A program made the position numbers and the translations under genes. This document shows, piece by piece, positions 63,157-64,000 of a DNA stretch of 64,000 nt. Within the stretch, counting starts at the first letter, position 1; each line of letters opens with the position of its first letter. Source of the stretch: Octopus sinensis (taxonomy: Eukaryota). Where the stretch lies: positions 170,500,001-170,564,000 of the forward strand of contig NC_042998.1 of the NCBI RefSeq assembly GCF_006345805.1, in the 5' to 3' direction. Below the pieces are notes generated by a model that was not told the origin of the DNA, ran no database searches, and saw only the letters and a list, made by a program, of their open reading frames with translations.

Positions 63157-64000
63157 GACTCAGTTGATGTGGGGTGGAGGATAAAAATTTAAATTACAAA
63201 TTGTTGCTTAAATCCTAGCAATGGAACACTGCATCAGCATTCCATAAAATGTGTTCATGGGGAGAAAAATATTAAAAAACATCAATGTATGTCAGAGTGA
63301 CAAAGAAATGAGGAAGGTATCAGGTGATTGTGGGATGAGCATGAAACAACAGCTAAACTTCCCTTAAAATCACACACAGCTTTTCATCTGAAAATTATTT
63401 TGAAATCATAAACAGATATAAATGGCAGATTCAGAGTCTGTATTTGAAAACTATGATTTAAAAAAAAAATTTCGAAAAAACTCGAAATTTTAGAATATAT
63501 GGAGGGGCAGGTTTAAAGAAAATATTTAAAAAGATTTCACTCTTGTCTTTAAATTGTTTCATTTTCTGTTTGAAAATAAAGGAAGTGAGGATTGTAATAG
63601 TAATTGCTGATTTCCTCCAATTTTTTTTTTTTTTTTTCTTAAACTTTCAAGGCTTCTCCCATCTTTTTTTAAGCGTTTTGTGCAAAAATAAATTGGCCAA
63701 AATTGGTACTGAACGGGGAAGGAGGTTTGGAAAAATTCATAAATTTTCCAATTTCTTTTTACCGAAAAGACATCTATTCTTTTTAAGTGAGTAACGCAAA
63801 AGAGAAAAAAGATTGGACAAAATTGGTCCGGACGAGAGGAAGGAGAAATTTCCAGTCCACGAATTTTTTTTTTTTTCAAAAAAGAGTTCCGGACCCCAGT
63901 TATGAACTCATTTGCATACAGCCAATCAGAGCTCAACTATCAAATTAATTTATGAGCGCATAACAAGTTCTGGGCGATAAGAATAAGGTCACTTGGGTAA

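Overview
Eukaryotic, AT-rich, transposon-saturated genomic DNA. The SINE, LINE and microsatellite content looks like an octopus (coleoid cephalopod) genome; this is my recognition, not a database result. One 100-N scaffold gap lies at 50522-50621. The only host genes I can support are two tandem + strand paralogues of an inhibitor-of-apoptosis (IAP/BIRC) gene. Copy 1 (6779-14147, six coding exons) encodes a degenerate BIR, three canonical BIRs, a UBA-like domain and a C-terminal RING. Its second coding exon has lost the normal splice donor and apparently relies on an in-phase cryptic one. Copy 2 (38084-40299) has only the two BIR exons in this window. The copies differ mostly by amino-acid replacements and show patchy identity. 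The rest is mobile DNA: RTE, CR1/L2-group, Tx1/L1 and R4/Dong-like (RLE) LINE fragments, tRNA-derived SINEs, Helitron Rep/Hel and non-autonomous Helitrons, hAT-Charlie MITEs, a probable solo LTR and Penelope-like terminal repeats. The features least likely to be annotated are six minimal type-I hammerhead-ribozyme motifs in two sequence families (2650, 3819, 50639, 52535, 61191, 61799). A roughly 250-bp-arm fold-back palindrome lies near the gap. All alignments and counts were done by eye.
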